A stretch of DNA of 64,000 bases. Origin: Candidatus Woesearchaeota archaeon. GTDB lineage: Archaea > Nanobdellota > Nanobdellia > Woesearchaeales > GW2011-AR4. This document shows, piece after piece, positions 27,347 through 37,882 of the stretch. The first letter of the stretch is position 1; each line of letters begins with the position of its first letter. The stretch spans positions 7,092 through 71,091 of the forward strand of contig JACPJQ010000004.1 of NCBI GenBank assembly GCA_016187465.1, written 5' to 3'. A program made the position numbers and the translations under genes. A model generated the notes under the pieces. The model ran no database searches, was not told where the DNA came from, and was given only the letters and a program-made list of their open reading frames with translations.

Positions 27347-29074
27347 TCACTTCAGCATTATCTCCACAAAAGAAGAGTAAGCAGGCCTTGTGATGAAAAC
27401 CCCGATCGTAACCCCGATTATTGTTGTTATGGCGAAGCCCTTGAGCAATCCTGCTCCAGCAAATATCAGTGGAATCATGGCAACAACAACTGTCAAATAA
27501 GCCAGCATTATAATGAGAAAAGCTCTCTTGACCTTTTCCTTCCAGTTATAAACTGTAGAAGTTTCTCCCTTCAGTGTTTCATCCGTTATGACTATCTGAT
27601 CATCCACACCAGTGCCGATGGCGACAAGAATTCCTGCAATGGCAGCTAAATCAATGTTCCAGCCTATGAATGCAGCTACCCCCAGCAGGATTATAACTTC
27701 AGAAAGCATCGTTATTAGTATTGGAACTGTAATCAGCACTTTCCTGTACCTAATTGCAATTACAACTGCAACCGATAATATTGCAAGCAGAGACATAAAT
27801 ATGGCGTTTTTGACAAACCCTTCTCCTAGAACAGGTGAAATTGCATCGGTTTTCACTATATTTAGTTTAACCGGCAAAGAGCCCGTTATCAGAATCGTTT
27901 GCAGCCTTTTCATATTCTGCAATGAATTTGATATTGCTTCCTGCTGGTTTGCCCCTGCTCCGGAGCCTGAGATGGCAATTTGAGTAACTGCCTGCCCCTT
28001 CAAATCAGCCCCTATATTCAGCTCATCTACTTTTTTATCATCAAGGTAAAGCTCCAGTTTCTCGCTTAAATAGTCGCTTCTTCCGGAAAGTGAGTCGTAA
28101 ACAACAGACAGGTCTTTTGTTGCGTCTGCCTGTCTTTGCGCTGCTTCTTGGCTCAGGGTTATTGCAAACCTGAATCGGCAGAACCATTGAGAGCCCTGCT
28201 GGCCGCAGCCTTCGCTTGTGTCAATGCCCGCTTCGTTTGCGCTTCTTGCAACATAAACAATGTCATTGCCGCCTTTGAATACAGTTTTGTTTCCTACTCT
28301 TGCTTCAAATTTTCCCTGTCTCGCCAGCAAATCCTTGATTTCTTCTTCTGTTGCTCCTGCAATCTCCACAATTATGTACTGGTTGCCTACCAAATCGTTC
28401 GCATCCCTGATAACGATGTCGCTCAATCCATAAACATTAAGCCTTTCTTTCATGTTGTCAATCAGAACTCCGATGTCAGATTGGCTTAGCTTGACCTCCG
28501 GCTGCAAAAGAACCCTTGTGCCGCCCTGCAAATCCAGGCCTTTTCTTATATTAGTTTTAGGAGCTTCATAGACTCGTAAGCCGATGTCCTCTGTTCCTCT
28601 GCTTACCTGCTCTGTTTTCGGCACAATAACTTTTTTTGATATTGTTTCATTAATAATCCGGCTGGTGCCGTTTATTGTGGCATTCCTTTGTATTATTTCG
28701 GTTATCGTTTTTTCCTCTGTTTCATTTAACTGCACAGTTTCAAATTTTTCTATGGTGGTCAGCTTATATGCCCCTTTTGTTGTTTTTATTTGGATTGTCC
28801 TGTTTGGGCTTAATGCAGAGACGTATTTGTAATAGCTTTCCACATCGTTAATTGGAACGTTGTTTATTGACAAAATTCTTTCCCTTGAAACAGGCTGGGC
28901 ATTCGGCTTTGGCTGCGGGATTCCGGCAACGCTTGCGGAGCTGTTGGTTATGACATTTCTTATTGCAACCCCCTCGCTTAAGGCTGGGTGTATCGTTACT
29001 AATGACAGCACTAGGAACACCACTAGCATGATTATTCTCCAGTTTGTCATCAATTTCTTAATTTTGTAGTTCAT
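27347..29074 (-). CDS. secD: Protein-export membrane protein SecD
   Basis: N-terminal TM segment, large extracytoplasmic domain, C-terminal 5-TM bundle. Overlaps secF. Confidence 0.7.
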   Translation of the reverse strand: MNYKIKKLMTNWRIIMLVVFLVLSLVTIHPALSEGVAIRNVITNSSASVAGIPQPKPNAQPVSRERILSINNVPINDVESYYKYVSALSPNRTIQIKTTKGAYKLTTIEKFETVQLNETEEKTITEIIQRNATINGTSRIINETISKKVIVPKTEQVSRGTEDIGLRVYEAPKTNIRKGLDLQGGTRVLLQPEVKLSQSDIGVLIDNMKERLNVYGLSDIVIRDANDLVGNQYIIVEIAGATEEEIKDLLARQGKFEARVGNKTVFKGGNDIVYVARSANEAGIDTSEGCGQQGSQWFCRFRFAITLSQEAAQRQADATKDLSVVYDSLSGRSDYLSEKLELYLDDKKVDELNIGADLKGQAVTQIAISGSGAGANQQEAISNSLQNMKRLQTILITGSLPVKLNIVKTDAISPVLGEGFVKNAIFMSLLAILSVAVVIAIRYRKVLITVPILITMLSEVIILLGVAAFIGWNIDLAAIAGILVAIGTGVDDQIVITDETLKGETSTVYNWKEKVKRAFLIIMLAYLTVVVAMIPLIFAGAGLLKGFAITTIIGVTIGVFITRPAYSSFVEIMLK

Positions 29075-30003
29075 ATGATAATCCCTTTCTTGGCTTTTTT
29101 CTCAATATAGATTCTCAACAAGCCGACATTTTGAATCCAAGTGTTGAAAATGTCTGCAATCAGTCCAATCAGCAGGATAAGCATTATCTGCCTTATCACT
29201 TCAGATTGGGTGGCCAGCATTGCAACAGTAACTGCAACAATTGCTGTTATTGTTTCAGTCATCCCTGTCTTTATTGAGCTTACTATCCTGTCCATTACTG
29301 TGCCTTCTTTTCTTTTCAAAACCCTAACTGAAAGCAGGATATCTGTATCAACAGAATATCCTATAAGCATAAGGAAGGCAGCAATTCCGGCTGTTCCAAC
29401 TCTGATATTCATAATGTTAATAACAGCCAATGCAACAACCATGTCTGAGAAGGCAGCAAGTATTATTGCAACGCTGGGAATGAAAGTCCTGAAGTAAATC
29501 AAAACAACCAAGCCCATGAATAAAAAAGCGACTGCGAGCGCAATCAATGACTCTTTGAAAAAACTGGCGCCTAGCGAGGAGCCAATAATCTCGATTCCGT
29601 AATCAACCTTGCTTAAATCAATCTTCAATGAATTTTCAATCGCCTGCAATAAATTTTGGACCTGCGCCTTGTCATTTCCTTCAATGTCAGCCTCTACAAT
29701 CAGCCCTACAACACTGCCGGTACTTCTTAATGTCCTTATAGCTATATCATTGCTCTGAAATTTTGATTTAATCTGATTGTAAATCTGGTTGGAGTCAACT
29801 TCTTTGTCAAAGGGAATAGTTACTGTAACCCCACCTTTCAAGGAAACATCTTTATTGATGAAATCACCTGTCTTGTAAATCTGGTAGCCTATCTGCGCCA
29901 GTGAGAAGAACAGTATCAGGAATGGAATTATCAGCAACAACTTGTATCTCTTGTCATAAATATCAAATAAAGTCTGCTTTAAAGATTTTTTTTGCCCTTC
30001 CAT
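29071..30003 (-). CDS. secF: Protein-export membrane protein SecF
   Basis: SecF-like topology and size. Confidence 0.7.
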   Translation of the reverse strand: MEGQKKSLKQTLFDIYDKRYKLLLIIPFLILFFSLAQIGYQIYKTGDFINKDVSLKGGVTVTIPFDKEVDSNQIYNQIKSKFQSNDIAIRTLRSTGSVVGLIVEADIEGNDKAQVQNLLQAIENSLKIDLSKVDYGIEIIGSSLGASFFKESLIALAVAFLFMGLVVLIYFRTFIPSVAIILAAFSDMVVALAVINIMNIRVGTAGIAAFLMLIGYSVDTDILLSVRVLKRKEGTVMDRIVSSIKTGMTETITAIVAVTVAMLATQSEVIRQIMLILLIGLIADIFNTWIQNVGLLRIYIEKKAKKGIII

Positions 30004-30043
30004 AAAATCAACCCCGAAAAATATCCTGTAGAAAAGAGAACGG

Positions 30044-30343
30044 TTAATAAAGGTTGCGGAAAAGATTAATCGTTAAAATTTTTACAATATTTTTCATAGA
30101 ATTGGAGTATATTTCACTTGATTTATTCGGATTTAATGAATAATGAGTTTCTCCTGTCTTTTTTGCCGGCACCAGCCATTCATCTTTTTCTAATTCTTTC
30201 AAAGCCTCTTTCACAACTTTATTTCCAACCAAATGCTTTGGCAATCCTTTCAATATATTTTCTGTGTGTGAGCCGCCCCATTTTTGCCATCTTACAAGTT
30301 TTCTTATGATTCTCGCTTTGACATTAAGTTTCGACAAATCCAT
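30044..30343 (-). CDS. Hypothetical small protein
   Basis: ORF of 99 aa. Confidence 0.25.
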   Translation of the reverse strand: MDLSKLNVKARIIRKLVRWQKWGGSHTENILKGLPKHLVGNKVVKEALKELEKDEWLVPAKKTGETHYSLNPNKSSEIYSNSMKNIVKILTINLFRNLY

Positions 30344-30473
30344 ACAACTTAAAAAAAATGTTTAATATATAAGTATTTGTAAGCTGGAGTATATAGAATA
30401 GAATATATAATATGATACAATATTGTCTCAAAATAGAAATGTTTATAAACTTCCGTTTTAAATTATATAATTA

Positions 30474-30809
30474 ATGCCAAAAAGCTCGTTATTTATCGAA
30501 TTGTTTGGTGATTCACCGACAATAAGGGTATTAGACTTTCTTTTGACAGAGCGCGAACTAGACTTTTCAATATCAGATATGGCAAGAAATGCTGGGGTAG
30601 GAAGAGCCACGTTATACAGAATTTGGGAGCAATTAATAGATAACAACATCATAATCTATACAAGAGCTGTAGGAAAATCAAAATTATATAAACTTAACAC
30701 CCAAAATCAAAAAATAAAAAAAATGATAGAGCTAGATGACATGTTAATTCTTGAAGAATTAAGGCATAAAACAGAAAAACAAAAACCCAAGATAAAGATT
30801 GCTGTTTAA
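30474..30809 (+). CDS. Winged-HTH transcriptional regulator
   Basis: ISDMARNAGVGRATLYRIWEQL helix-turn-helix. Confidence 0.4.
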   Translation: MPKSSLFIELFGDSPTIRVLDFLLTERELDFSISDMARNAGVGRATLYRIWEQLIDNNIIIYTRAVGKSKLYKLNTQNQKIKKMIELDDMLILEELRHKTEKQKPKIKIAV

Positions 30810-30873
30810 TCATTTCCCGCAAGCTTTTACATGTCGGAAATTCTTATTATAGAATGGGATTTGCAAGAATTTA

Positions 30874-30889
30874 CGAGCATGCTCAAAAA
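30874..30889. promoter_or_regulatory. Solo cgagcatgctcaaaaa motif
   Basis: One of four occurrences of the exact 16-mer. Confidence 0.4.
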
Positions 30890-30906
30890 TTGCAACTATT
30901 TTTTAA

Positions 30907-32637
30907 TTATTTATTGCAATTTTTGACAAACCCATAGAACAATGGAGAAGGGTTTCCGAGTCTTGATTTGAATTCGGGGTGAGCTTGTGTAGCAAAAAAA
31001 TTATCATTCTTAGGCAATTCAATGTATTCCATTAACTTTGTATTATCACCCCTTATGTAATACCCAGAGAAAACCATCCCATTTTTCTCAATTAAATCAA
31101 CATACTTCGGATTCACTTCATAGCGATGGCGGTGCCTTTCCAAAACAACTTTTTTGTTTTTCTCCAGCAGTCCAATTCTAAAAGCCTGGCTTTTGTCCTT
31201 CATTAATTCCTGAATCCTTTTTTCGTCATCCTTTACTCTGCCAACATCTTCATATAGCTTGAGCATTCTGCTTTTTTCCTTCAGGATTGAGGCATAAGCC
31301 CCAAGGCGCATAGAGCCTCCGAACATGCTCTTCTCAAGAATTTGCCTTTGAGCAGGCTGGACATCAATCACAGGAGCGCTTGTTTTTGGATTAACCTCGG
31401 TTGTGTGCGCGTCTTTTAAGCCGCAGACATTCCTTGCAAATTCAACAACCGCCAGCTGCAGGCCGTAGCACAGCCCAAGATAGGGGATTTTGTTTATGCG
31501 GGCATAATTAATTGCATTTATCTTTCCTTCCACGCCAGAAGCCCCAAATCCGCCAGGAACTATAATTCCGTCATAATTTTTCAGGTCATTCGAAGATTTC
31601 TTGTCATTTTCAAACATTTTTGCGTCAAGCCAGTTTATTTCAACCCTTGCGTTTAATGAAGCTCCTGCGTGGATTAATGCCTGGTTGATAGAGATGTAAG
31701 AATCAGCCAGGTTATAGTCGCCAATGTCTGTGTACTTGCCTACAATCGCGACTTTAATATTCTTCTTAGGATTTAAAATGTTCTCGACAAGCTTCTTCCA
31801 TTCAGACCAGTTTGGGCTTTTTTTTGACTTTATTTCAAATTCCTTCAAGAGTTTTTCCCCCAATTTTTCCTTTTCCAAGTCCAAGGGAATCTGGTAAACT
31901 GTTTCAATGTCCGGCTCGGAAATTACATTATCTGACGCGATGTTTGCGTAAGTCTCTATTTTCTTTTTTCTTACAACATCCAATGGCTTTTTAGCCCTGC
32001 AGATTATGAAGTCCGGAAAAATTCCGGATTCGCTGAGCAGCCGTATTGCCTGCTGGGTTGGTTTTGTCTTCATCTCCTCTATATGGCTCGGGATAGGCAG
32101 ATAGGTTATAAGGACATAGGTTAGATTTTTCTTGCCAACATCTCTTTCAAGGCTTTTCAATGCAAAAAGAAATGGTATGTTTTCATAGTCTCCAATTGTG
32201 CCGCCCACTTCAACCAAAACAAAATCATAGTTGTTGCTTGCTTCTTTTATCCTTCTCTTTATTTCATTAGGTATGTGGGGAATAAACTGCACAGTCTGGC
32301 CAAGGTACTCGCCCTGCCTTTCTTTGTCAATAACTGTTTTGTATATCTGTCCTGTAGTTATGTTGTTTCTTTTTGGAATGTCCACATTGAGAAATCTCTC
32401 ATAAGTGCCTAAGTCCTGGTCAATCTCTCCGCCGTCGTCTGTAACCCAGACCTCTCCATGCTCTGTCGGCCTTAATGTGCCTGCATCATAGTTTATGTAA
32501 GGGTCTATTTTTATTGCAGTCACTTTGTAGCCGTGCTCCTGCAAAATTTTGCCGATAGAAGCTGTTGTTACGCCTTTTCCTACACCGCTCATTACCCCGC
32601 CGGCTACAACAATATACTTAGGCATTTTATTGAACAC
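30907..32637 (-). CDS. pyrG: CTP synthase
   Basis: Synthetase N-domain and GATase domain (GLCYGLQ). 576 aa. Confidence 0.85.
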   Translation of the reverse strand: MFNKMPKYIVVAGGVMSGVGKGVTTASIGKILQEHGYKVTAIKIDPYINYDAGTLRPTEHGEVWVTDDGGEIDQDLGTYERFLNVDIPKRNNITTGQIYKTVIDKERQGEYLGQTVQFIPHIPNEIKRRIKEASNNYDFVLVEVGGTIGDYENIPFLFALKSLERDVGKKNLTYVLITYLPIPSHIEEMKTKPTQQAIRLLSESGIFPDFIICRAKKPLDVVRKKKIETYANIASDNVISEPDIETVYQIPLDLEKEKLGEKLLKEFEIKSKKSPNWSEWKKLVENILNPKKNIKVAIVGKYTDIGDYNLADSYISINQALIHAGASLNARVEINWLDAKMFENDKKSSNDLKNYDGIIVPGGFGASGVEGKINAINYARINKIPYLGLCYGLQLAVVEFARNVCGLKDAHTTEVNPKTSAPVIDVQPAQRQILEKSMFGGSMRLGAYASILKEKSRMLKLYEDVGRVKDDEKRIQELMKDKSQAFRIGLLEKNKKVVLERHRHRYEVNPKYVDLIEKNGMVFSGYYIRGDNTKLMEYIELPKNDNFFATQAHPEFKSRLGNPSPLFYGFVKNCNK

Positions 32638-32831
32638 CTGCTTTAGTTATATTTAAGAAATTTAATAATTCAATCCGTTCGCTATGCTCACAATATCTTG
32701 TGCTCGGCTTTCGCTTTGTTGCCATTGGCTCAAGCCTCGCCAATTTATTCAATATTCTTAAATTTAGATTAATTTTTAGAATTTTTGATTTATAGCAAAC
32801 GCAGTAAATTTTCGTAATAGATAATGCGTTT

Positions 32832-32952
32832 GATATGTCGGAAATCGCAAAGGCACATACTTTGGTACTTAAGTCCAAAGCAAGCCAGCGATTTCCGAGC
32901 ATGCTCAAAAATTCCATGTATTTATTATAAATTGATGGAATTTTTGACATAT
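32832..32952. repeat. Degenerate copy of the repeat core (gtcggaaatcg/cgatttccgag hairpin + cgagcatgctcaaaaa + gtatttattataaattgatggaatttttga) upstream of pyrG
   Basis: Sequence comparison with the 139-bp repeat. Confidence 0.5.
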
Positions 32953-33144
32953 TAAAAAGAATTAAACAATTTTTATGAATATTTAATTCTTTCTCTATAG
33001 AATTGGTTTTGAACAAATTAAGTCGTTGCATTAATTAGAAATGAAACAAGTTTTATTTATAGTTTATGGTTTAGTGAATAAATGGTAATTATCTTCAATA
33101 TGGAAGAGAATGTTAGTTAATTACTGTGGCGAAGAGTTGCACGG

Positions 33145-33732
33145 TCAAATAAACGCCCGTATCAGCCCCGTAAAAACCTTGTAGCCGTCAAAACCCGGAA
33201 TTGGGAGCATGTTGAATATGAACAAAAACATATTAATCCTGCTTGTCAAAACTAAAAGCAGATAATTTTTCTTCTTGTATTTTTTATTTTTCAGCACAAA
33301 CCAAGCGCCAAGCCATAATACGAGATTTACGAAAGGCCCTGCAAATGCAGCCAAAGTGAATTGAAGACCAGTTCCAGAACCTGAAATTTCAACAAACCCC
33401 GGAACAAAGAACATAAACCCGAAGCCTGTTAATTTTGATATGATTGTGAAGATTCCAAGCATTAATGTGAATGTGCTCCTGTAAAAGGCCATGAACACCG
33501 CATGCATACCAAAGCTGATTGCCACAAACTTGTGCGCCAGTTCATGAAATATTATTGCCGGCGCTGTTGCCATGATGGTAAACTTTAAGCCTTCAAAATC
33601 AAATCCTCTTTTGTAATGTAGCAAAGGGTCGTAAGATTCCCTTCTGACAGGTATCATGCCTGAAAAAATGTATCCTACAAAAAAAGTCATCAATGCAAGG
33701 TCAATGATCTCTCCTAGAGTTATTAAAGGCAT
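33145..33732 (-). CDS. Site-2-protease-like (M50) membrane metalloprotease
   Basis: FHELAHK within a TM helix, plus a downstream PGFDGY motif. Confidence 0.5.
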   Translation of the reverse strand: MPLITLGEIIDLALMTFFVGYIFSGMIPVRRESYDPLLHYKRGFDFEGLKFTIMATAPAIIFHELAHKFVAISFGMHAVFMAFYRSTFTLMLGIFTIISKLTGFGFMFFVPGFVEISGSGTGLQFTLAAFAGPFVNLVLWLGAWFVLKNKKYKKKNYLLLVLTSRINMFLFIFNMLPIPGFDGYKVFTGLIRAFI

Positions 33733-33839
33733 TCTGAGTTGAATTTTTAATTAATTATTAAATTTATTGTTTATTCCATTTTTTGAACAAACTTTTTTTT
33801 TGAACAAACTTTATATATTATACTTTATTCTAAACATTT

Positions 33840-34196
33840 ATGACAGATTTAATTGCCTGCCTTTCGTCAGGGGAAAAAAGCTGGGCTCATGTTGAAAGGC
33901 TGGTTAAGGAAGAAGACTGGAGTAATGTGTTTTTGATTACTAATGATTTTGGCAAAAAAAATTTCAAGACAGAAAAGAATGTTGGATTTGTGGTTGTTGA
34001 CTTTAAAAAGCCTGTTTTTGAGCTGATAAAAGACATTAAGAACGGCCTGAACGGAAAAATCACAGATCTGGAAGTTGCATTAAACCTAGTTTCCGGGAGC
34101 GGGAAAGAGCACATGGCAATCCTGTCTGCGTTGCTGAAGCTGGGAGTCGGTGTAAGATTAATGGCTGTGACGAAGGATGGGATAAGGGAGTTATAA
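33840..34196 (+). CDS. Hypothetical protein (its 3' end is duplicated at 35057..35144)
   Basis: ORF of 118 aa. Confidence 0.35.
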   Translation: MTDLIACLSSGEKSWAHVERLVKEEDWSNVFLITNDFGKKNFKTEKNVGFVVVDFKKPVFELIKDIKNGLNGKITDLEVALNLVSGSGKEHMAILSALLKLGVGVRLMAVTKDGIREL

Positions 34197-34198
34197 TT

Positions 34199-34696
34199 AT
34201 GAAGAATGAAAAAGAAAATGTGAAGATAGAAAATATTGATATTCAGCAAATTAATGACCCTCATCAAGCATTTATACTAACCTTCAACTCTTATGAAAAA
34301 GAGTTAGTTGATTTTTTGGTTGAAGATGCTTTAGATAATCAAAACAAGAAAATCTCTATAACTTACTTATGGTTTTATAAAACAAATAAAGAACTGTGCG
34401 GCTATGTTACTGTTTTAGCCGATGCAATTAATTTACAAGGTGAATTAAAAGAATATTTCAGACAAGAAGGAATTTTCTATAAATCTTTGCCTGCTTTAAA
34501 GATTGGAAGATTATGCGTTTCTGATGATTACTTAGGCAGAGGGATAGGAACTTTAATGATTGAGTTTGTTATGGTTTTGGCTGAGAAAATTGGTAGTGAA
34601 ATTGGATTAAGGTTTATAACAACAGATGCAAAAAGAAATACTGACTCGAGAAAAGATTCTGTTACTTTTATAGGAAATTGGGATTTGAAGCTTTAA
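34199..34696 (+). CDS. GNAT N-acetyltransferase
   Basis: LCVSDDYLGRGIGTLMIEF motif A. Confidence 0.55.
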   Translation: MKNEKENVKIENIDIQQINDPHQAFILTFNSYEKELVDFLVEDALDNQNKKISITYLWFYKTNKELCGYVTVLADAINLQGELKEYFRQEGIFYKSLPALKIGRLCVSDDYLGRGIGTLMIEFVMVLAEKIGSEIGLRFITTDAKRNTDSRKDSVTFIGNWDLKL

Positions 34697-34734
34697 AGCA
34701 AAGAGAAAAAGGAACTCTGCCCATGTATAAGGAT

Positions 34735-34905
34735 TTAATTAAAATTAAGAAATGACTCAAAATATTTTCTGTTTTTTTTTATATCAGCATAAAGCATTTT
34801 ATCTATTTGCGATATTGGAGATTTTTCTCTTTTAATCATGGAATCTACAAATTTTCTTGCTTCTTCCCCCCTTAAAGTTGGAGTTGCTCTTATTGGTTTT
34901 GCCAT
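34735..34905 (-). CDS. Small ORF (56 aa)
   Basis: Hand translation gives MAKPIRATPTLRGEEARKFVDSMIKREKSPISQIDKMLYADIKKNRKYFESFLNFN. Confidence 0.2.
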   Translation of the reverse strand: MAKPIRATPTLRGEEARKFVDSMIKREKSPISQIDKMLYADIKKNRKYFESFLNFN

Positions 34906-35056
34906 CTTAATAAGCGATAATATTAAGCTAGTATAAAAATATATTTATTTTCTGTATTGAAAATATTGACTTTAGGCAGCGTTACTTGAAGCTTATCTGC
35001 CTTTTGCTTGCATTTATTAAGTCTATTTTACAATCATTTTTGATAAAATACTTCAG

Positions 35057-35144
35057 GAGCACGGCAATATTGTCAGCAATGCTGAAACTTGGAGATGTGA
35101 TAAGGTTAATGGCTGTGACGAAAGACGGGGTTAAGGAGTTGTAA
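35057..35144 (+). pseudogene. Degenerate duplicate of the 3' end of gene 33840..34196. It has a 2-nt deletion and lacks the upstream reading frame.
   Basis: About 80% nt identity to 34107..34196. Encodes AILSAMLKLGDVIRLMAVTKDGVKEL, compared with AILSALLKLGVGVRLMAVTKDGIREL in the original. Confidence 0.5.
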
Positions 35145-35178
35145 GGATTATTGATATTTTTTATTAAGAGAACAAAAT

Positions 35179-35457
35179 TTATTGAACATTCTTGGATTTG
35201 AATTTACCAACAATCCAGCCAATTAATGAACCAATTAAAAAATAAAAAATTGGGGATATAATATAAGGATTTATTTGCACATCACCCAAAATTTCAATTA
35301 AGATGAACAGAGGAAACAAAGAAGGCACTAACCATAATGGGAAGCGGGGATTACCTCCAGTTTCTCCAAACGGCAATAAACTCAATGTTGCGATAAGATA
35401 GATACCTAGAACAATAACCCCACCTTTCAGCCAATACGGCCAGTCTTTCCATCCCAT
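35179..35457 (-). CDS. Small membrane protein
   Basis: Three TM helices. Confidence 0.3.
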   Translation of the reverse strand: MGWKDWPYWLKGGVIVLGIYLIATLSLLPFGETGGNPRFPLWLVPSLFPLFILIEILGDVQINPYIISPIFYFLIGSLIGWIVGKFKSKNVQ

Positions 35458-35489
35458 ATCATGAATCTTTTAGTCAAAAGTATAAAAAC

Positions 35490-36083
35490 TTATTCATTTT
35501 TAGTGCTGAAATAAACCCAGTAACCAGCTTTTTTTGCTATAACTTTTATATTTCCAAAAACTTCTTCCATTTTCCTGCTCAAGGTTTTCCCGCCTTTGTT
35601 ATGGCGGGCAACTAATTGAAGGCTTCCGTTGTTTTTCAAGTGTTCTTTTGCTTCTTCGATTAATCTAAAACAAAGCTCTTTCCCTGCTGTTTGCGGCGGA
35701 TTTGACAATATGGCATCAAAATCTTTCTGATTTATTTTCTGGTATAAGTTTCCCTGATAAACTTCAGCCTTTACATCATTTAATTTTATATTCTTTTTGG
35801 CCAGCGTCACAGCCCGTTCATTAACATCGCTCATCACGACATCTGAATCAGATATTTTTGCGGCAACAATCCCAAGAATTCCAATTCCGCATCCTATGTC
35901 AAGGACTTTGCTGTTTTTATCAACAATCATATTTTCCGCCAGCACTAATGTCCCTTTGTCGATCTTGTCCTTGGAGAACACACCAGATGCAGTATAGAAA
36001 TCAAACTCCTTATTCATTATTTTTTGCTTTATCTTTCTTATGTTAAGCAATGATTTCTGTGTTTCAGAATAATAATGCTCCAT
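35490..36083 (-). CDS. SAM-dependent methyltransferase (methyltransferase small domain)
   Basis: VLDIGCGIGILG motif I. SNPPQ motif. Confidence 0.55.
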   Translation of the reverse strand: MEHYYSETQKSLLNIRKIKQKIMNKEFDFYTASGVFSKDKIDKGTLVLAENMIVDKNSKVLDIGCGIGILGIVAAKISDSDVVMSDVNERAVTLAKKNIKLNDVKAEVYQGNLYQKINQKDFDAILSNPPQTAGKELCFRLIEEAKEHLKNNGSLQLVARHNKGGKTLSRKMEEVFGNIKVIAKKAGYWVYFSTKNE

Positions 36084-36219
36084 TTTAATTTTTTGAATTT
36101 TGTGATTTTATTGCGTTTTGTTTTTAATGTTTTTAGTTAATGCGTTAATTTCATTTTGTGCTTTCAGCCTTTGACGATATGGCATGTTCAATAAATATTT
36201 TAATTTTAAAAATCAAAGT

Positions 36220-37044
36220 CTATGCTTCTTCCTGTTCCATGATGTTGTACAGGTGGTATAAAATCCTGTCAACCCCCTTTACCAAGTCAAATCCAGAACC
36301 TTCGACTACAATGCAATTATCGTTATAATACACTCTAAATCTCTCAGCTTCTTTTATGTAAAGCACAATCTTATCTTTATCTTCACAAGTGACTATCGGT
36401 CTTGTTTTGCAAATTTCTGTTTCATTTCTGTCGCAAGAGCCTATAGGATTTTTTTCAAATACCTTTGCAAGATGCGTGTCAAAATCTGCAATTGCAAGTT
36501 GAACATGGGTAAGCTCATTTCCTGTTGGATTAAACGTGGGATAAAACTCATTTTTGCTGTTAAAAAAATCAAAATCAAGGCTGCCTTCTATGGCGATGGC
36601 CTTTAAATCATTTGGAGAATATCTAAAATTCATGCTATACTTTTTTGTTCCCTCAGGAGAATTCAAGTCAGTGTACCAAAAATCATCAAATTTAACAAAA
36701 CTGTAAACTCCCTTGTACACATATCCCTGCTCAGGCTTGAGCTTTCCCTTCAAGTTTAAAACATGCAGTTCCTCCAAAGTCTTCGGCTGCTGCTTACTGA
36801 AAGTGACGTAAGCGAATACAGAAACAAACAATAGCACAATGGCTGCTATGCTGATGATTAAAATCTTGTCAGAGGATTTTTTTGGATCTTCCGAAGCAAC
36901 GTTTTTATCGAGCTCTTCTATTTTTTTGTCAAACTCCCTTGCTTCAGGCTCAAGATCATCTTTCAATTTATTATATTCATCTTTATCAATAACTTCCGAT
37001 TCAAAGCTTCCTTTTAATATATTGAGTTTTTTTCTTGGGTCCAT
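36220..37044 (-). CDS. Hypothetical membrane-anchored protein
   Basis: Coiled N-terminus, then a TM segment, then an extracellular domain. Confidence 0.3.
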   Translation of the reverse strand: MDPRKKLNILKGSFESEVIDKDEYNKLKDDLEPEAREFDKKIEELDKNVASEDPKKSSDKILIISIAAIVLLFVSVFAYVTFSKQQPKTLEELHVLNLKGKLKPEQGYVYKGVYSFVKFDDFWYTDLNSPEGTKKYSMNFRYSPNDLKAIAIEGSLDFDFFNSKNEFYPTFNPTGNELTHVQLAIADFDTHLAKVFEKNPIGSCDRNETEICKTRPIVTCEDKDKIVLYIKEAERFRVYYNDNCIVVEGSGFDLVKGVDRILYHLYNIMEQEEA

Positions 37045-37625
37045 TATTTCACAACTCCAAGGATTGCATACACTAGCCTGTCCTTTATTCTTATAAAGTC
37101 CTGATTTGATGCAGCTTCCGCTATAATGCAGTCCTTTTGATAGTGTATATTTGTGGAGTTACTGTATTTGAAGAAAATCACAGGCACATTTGGCGTTGCA
37201 TCATTGCAGGTTATAACAGGCAAATTGAATGTCGTATTTGTTGTAAATCCCTTTCTAAAATAAATGTTGTACGTCGCCAGCGTTAATTCCATCTGATGAT
37301 GCGCAAGCGCAATCGCTTCCCTGTATGTGCTGTTAAAATCATAAGTAGCGTCTATTTCAAACTTGTTTTGGAGCCTGCTGGAGATATCGCTGGGAACAGG
37401 AATGCTTTCGACTTCGCTCGGCAAAAAACTGAAAGCTGCATAATTACCGTTTATTTTTGCTTCCAGATGATCTGGGTACCTGACAAATTTTATTTCGGTG
37501 TCTTTTATGATCTCATTTTGGGGCCCAAAATCCAAAAAAACGAAGCTGACAGACGTTCCTATCATTATGAAGACGATAAAAAGTATCAAGCCCCACCTTT
37601 TTTTTCCTTTGTTCTCTTTCATCAA
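37044..37625 (-). CDS. Hypothetical secreted protein
   Basis: N-terminal TM segment. Overlaps the neighbouring gene. Confidence 0.3.
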   Translation of the reverse strand: MMKENKGKKRWGLILFIVFIMIGTSVSFVFLDFGPQNEIIKDTEIKFVRYPDHLEAKINGNYAAFSFLPSEVESIPVPSDISSRLQNKFEIDATYDFNSTYREAIALAHHQMELTLATYNIYFRKGFTTNTTFNLPVITCNDATPNVPVIFFKYSNSTNIHYQKDCIIAEAASNQDFIRIKDRLVYAILGVVK

Positions 37626-37882
37626 AGAAGTGGATAAAGGCGGTTATTTAAAGGTTTTTCTCATTAGTGCCAAATGCATACAAAAAAAGAAATATTTAAA
37701 TACAGATATATCGTTACCGATATATCGAAATCGATAGATTTTGAATATTAGAGACTGCATCAGCAATCTCCCTTTATATAGCAAATGACACAATTATTTA
37801 TACATAAATAAGTCATTTGCTTATTACGAACGGACAACTATTGTATAATTATTTTTGTCCGTGAGTATAGGATGTGATATAA

